Below are positions 61,780 through 64,000 of a stretch of 64,000 nucleotides of DNA, in pieces. The notes beneath the pieces were generated by a model. The model searched no databases. It saw nothing but the letters and a program-made list of their open reading frames with translations, and was not told the DNA's origin. This stretch comes from Heptranchias perlo (taxonomy: Eukaryota), in contig NC_090363.1 in NCBI RefSeq assembly GCF_035084215.1, positions 5,022,001 to 5,086,000 of the forward strand, written 5' to 3'. The translations under genes and the position numbers were made by a program. Numbering within the stretch: position 1 is the first letter of the stretch; the number at the start of each line of letters is the position of its first letter.

Positions 61780-64000
61780 TCTCGCCTTCCTTCGCCTCCG
61801 TCTCCTTCCTTCGCCTCCTTCTCCTTCCTTCGCCTCCGTCTCCTTCCTTCGCCTCGTCTCCTTCCTTCGCCTCCTTCTCCTTCCTTCGCCTCGTCTCCTT
61901 CCTTCGCCTCCGTCTCCTTCCTTCGCCTCCGTCTCCTTCCTTCGCCTCCTTCTCCTTCCTTCGCCTCGTCTCCTTCCCTCGCCTCGTCTCCTTCCCTCGC
62001 CTCGTCTCCTTCCTTCGCCTCGTCTCCTTCCTTCGCCTCGTCTCCTTCCTTCGCCTCCGTCTCCTTCCTTCGCCTCCGTCTCCTTCCTTCGCCTCGTCTC
62101 CTTCCTTCGCCTCGTCTCCTTCCTTCGCCTCCTTCTCCTTCCTTCGCCTCCGTCTCCTTCCTTCGCCTCCGTCTCCTTCCTTCGCCTCCGTCTCCTTCCT
62201 TCGCCTCCGTCTCCTTCCTTCGCCTCGTCTCCTTCCTTCGCCTCCTTCTCCTTCCCTCGCCTCGTCTCCTTCCTTCGCCTCCTTCTCCTTCCTTCGCCTC
62301 CGTCTCCTTCCTTCGCCTCGTCTCCTTCCTTCGCCTCCGTCTCCTTCCTTCGCCTCCTCCTCCTTCCCTCGCCTCCTTCTCCTTCCTTCGCCTCCTTCTC
62401 CTTCCTTCGCCTCGTCTCCTTCCTTCGCCTCCGTCTCCTTCCCTCGCCTCCTTCTCCTTCCCTCGCCTCCTTCTCCTTCCTTCGCCTCCGTCTCCTTCCT
62501 TCGCCTCCTCCTCCTTCCCTCGCCTCCTTCTCCTTCCCTCGCCTCCTTCTCCTTCCTTCGCCTCCGTCTCCTTCCTTCGCCTCCTTCTCCTTCCTTCGCC
62601 TCCTTCTCCTTCCTTCGCCTCCGTCTCCTTCCTTCGCCTCCTCCTCCTTCCCTCGCCTCCTTCTCCTTCCCTCGCCTCCTTCTCCTTCCTTCGCCTCCGT
62701 CTCCTTCCTTCGCCTCCGTCTCCTTCCTTCGCCTCCGTCTCCTTCCTTCGCCTCCTCCTCCTTCCCTCGCCTCCTTCTCCTTCCCTCGCCTCCTTCTCCT
62801 TCCTTCGCCTCCGTCTCCTTCCCTCGCCTCGTCTCCTTCCTTCGCCTCCGTCTCCTTCCTTCGCCTCCTTCTCCTTCCTTCGCCTCCGTCTCCTTCCTTC
62901 GCCTCCTCCTCCTTCCTTCGCCTCCTTCTCCTTCCTTCGCCTCCGTCTCCTTCCTTCGCCTCCGTCTCCTTCCTTCGCCTCCTCCTCCTTCCCTCGCCTC
63001 CTTCTCCTTCCTTCGCCTCCGTCTCCTTCCTTCGCCTCCGTCTCCTTCCTTCGCCTCCTCCTCCTTCCCTCGCCTCCTCCTCCTTCCCTCGCCTCCTTCT
63101 CCTTCCTTCGCCTCCGTCTCCTTCCTTCGCCTCCTTCTCCTTCCTTCGCCTCCTCTCCTTCCTTCGCCTCCGTCTCCTTCCTTCGCCTCCTTCTCCTTCC
63201 TTCACCTCCGTCTCCTACCCTCGCCTCGTCTCCTTCCTTCGCCTCCTTCTCCTTCCTTCGCCTCCGTCTCCTTCCCTCGCCTCCGTCTCCTTCCTTCGCC
63301 TCCTTCTCCTTCCTTCGCCTCCGTCTCCTTCCTTCGCCTCCGTCTCCTTCCTTCGCCTCCTTCTCCTTCCTTCGCCTCCTCTCCTTCCTTCGCCTCCGTC
63401 TCCTTCCTTCGCCTCCTTCTCCTTCCTTCGCCTCCTTCTCCTTCCTTCGCCTCCTTCTCCTTCCTTCGCCTCCGTCTCCTTCCTTCGCCTCCGTCTCCTT
63501 CCTTCGCCTCCTTCTCCTTCCTTCGCCTCCGTCTCCTTCCTTCGCCTCCGTCTCCTTCCTTCGCCTCCGTCTCCTTCCTTCGCCTCCGTCTCCTTCCTTC
63601 GCCTCCGTCTCCTTCCTTCGCCTCCTTCTCCTTCCTTCGCCTCCGTCTCCTTCCTTCGCCTCCTTCTCCTTCCTTCGCCTCCGTCTCCTTCCTTCGCCTC
63701 GTCTCCTTCCCTCGCCTCCGTCTCCTTCCTTCGCCTCCTTCTCCTTCCTTCGCCTCCGTCTCCTTCCTTCGCCTCGTCTCCTTCCTTCGCCTCCTTCTCC
63801 TTCCTTCGCCTCCTCGCCTTCCTTCGCCTCCGTCTCCTTCCTTCGCCTCCTTCTCCTTCCTTCGCCTCCCTCTCCTTCCTTCGCCTCCGTCTCCTTCCTT
63901 CGCCTCGTCTCCTTCCCTCGCCTCGTCTCCTTCCCTCGCCTCGTCTCCTTCCTTCGCCTCCGTCTCCTTCCTTCGCCTCGTCTCCTTCCCTCGCCTCGTC
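61780..64000 (+). repeat. Polypyrimidine minisatellite (18-19-bp units TTCGCCTCC(G/T)TCTCCTTCC)
   Basis: Directly visible array running to the window end. Confidence 0.97.

Noticed and set aside
56907-63205. ORFs of 387-1333 aa (P/S/L/F-rich or R/E/G/K-rich)
   Set aside because: They are translations of stop-free minisatellites inside VARS1 introns, open in all frames, and most span an N gap.

Overview
Eukaryotic vertebrate DNA, very probably a cartilaginous fish (shark), judged from the repeat landscape (tRNA/Deu-type SINEs, CR1/L2/Tx1 LINE and Penelope remnants). Bases ~3.6-41.2 kb hold a dispersed histone gene cluster. It has intronless H4, H3, H2A (part of the CDS lies in an N gap), two divergent H2B and five divergent H1-like genes, each ending in the replication-dependent 3' stem-loop, plus H2A and H3 relics. 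None of the ten proteins is fully canonical. All five H1-like promoters carry an H4-site-II-like GTCCG 9-11 nt before the TATA box. Short retrotransposon 3' ends, probably Tx1-type, recur just upstream of three histone promoters. From ~47 kb the 5' part of valyl-tRNA synthetase (VARS1, + strand, 8 coding exons, GST-like N-terminus and HLGH motif) runs off the window. Two of its introns carry multi-kb polypyrimidine minisatellites. All family assignments are by eye and recall; no database search was run, and repeat boundaries are approximate.
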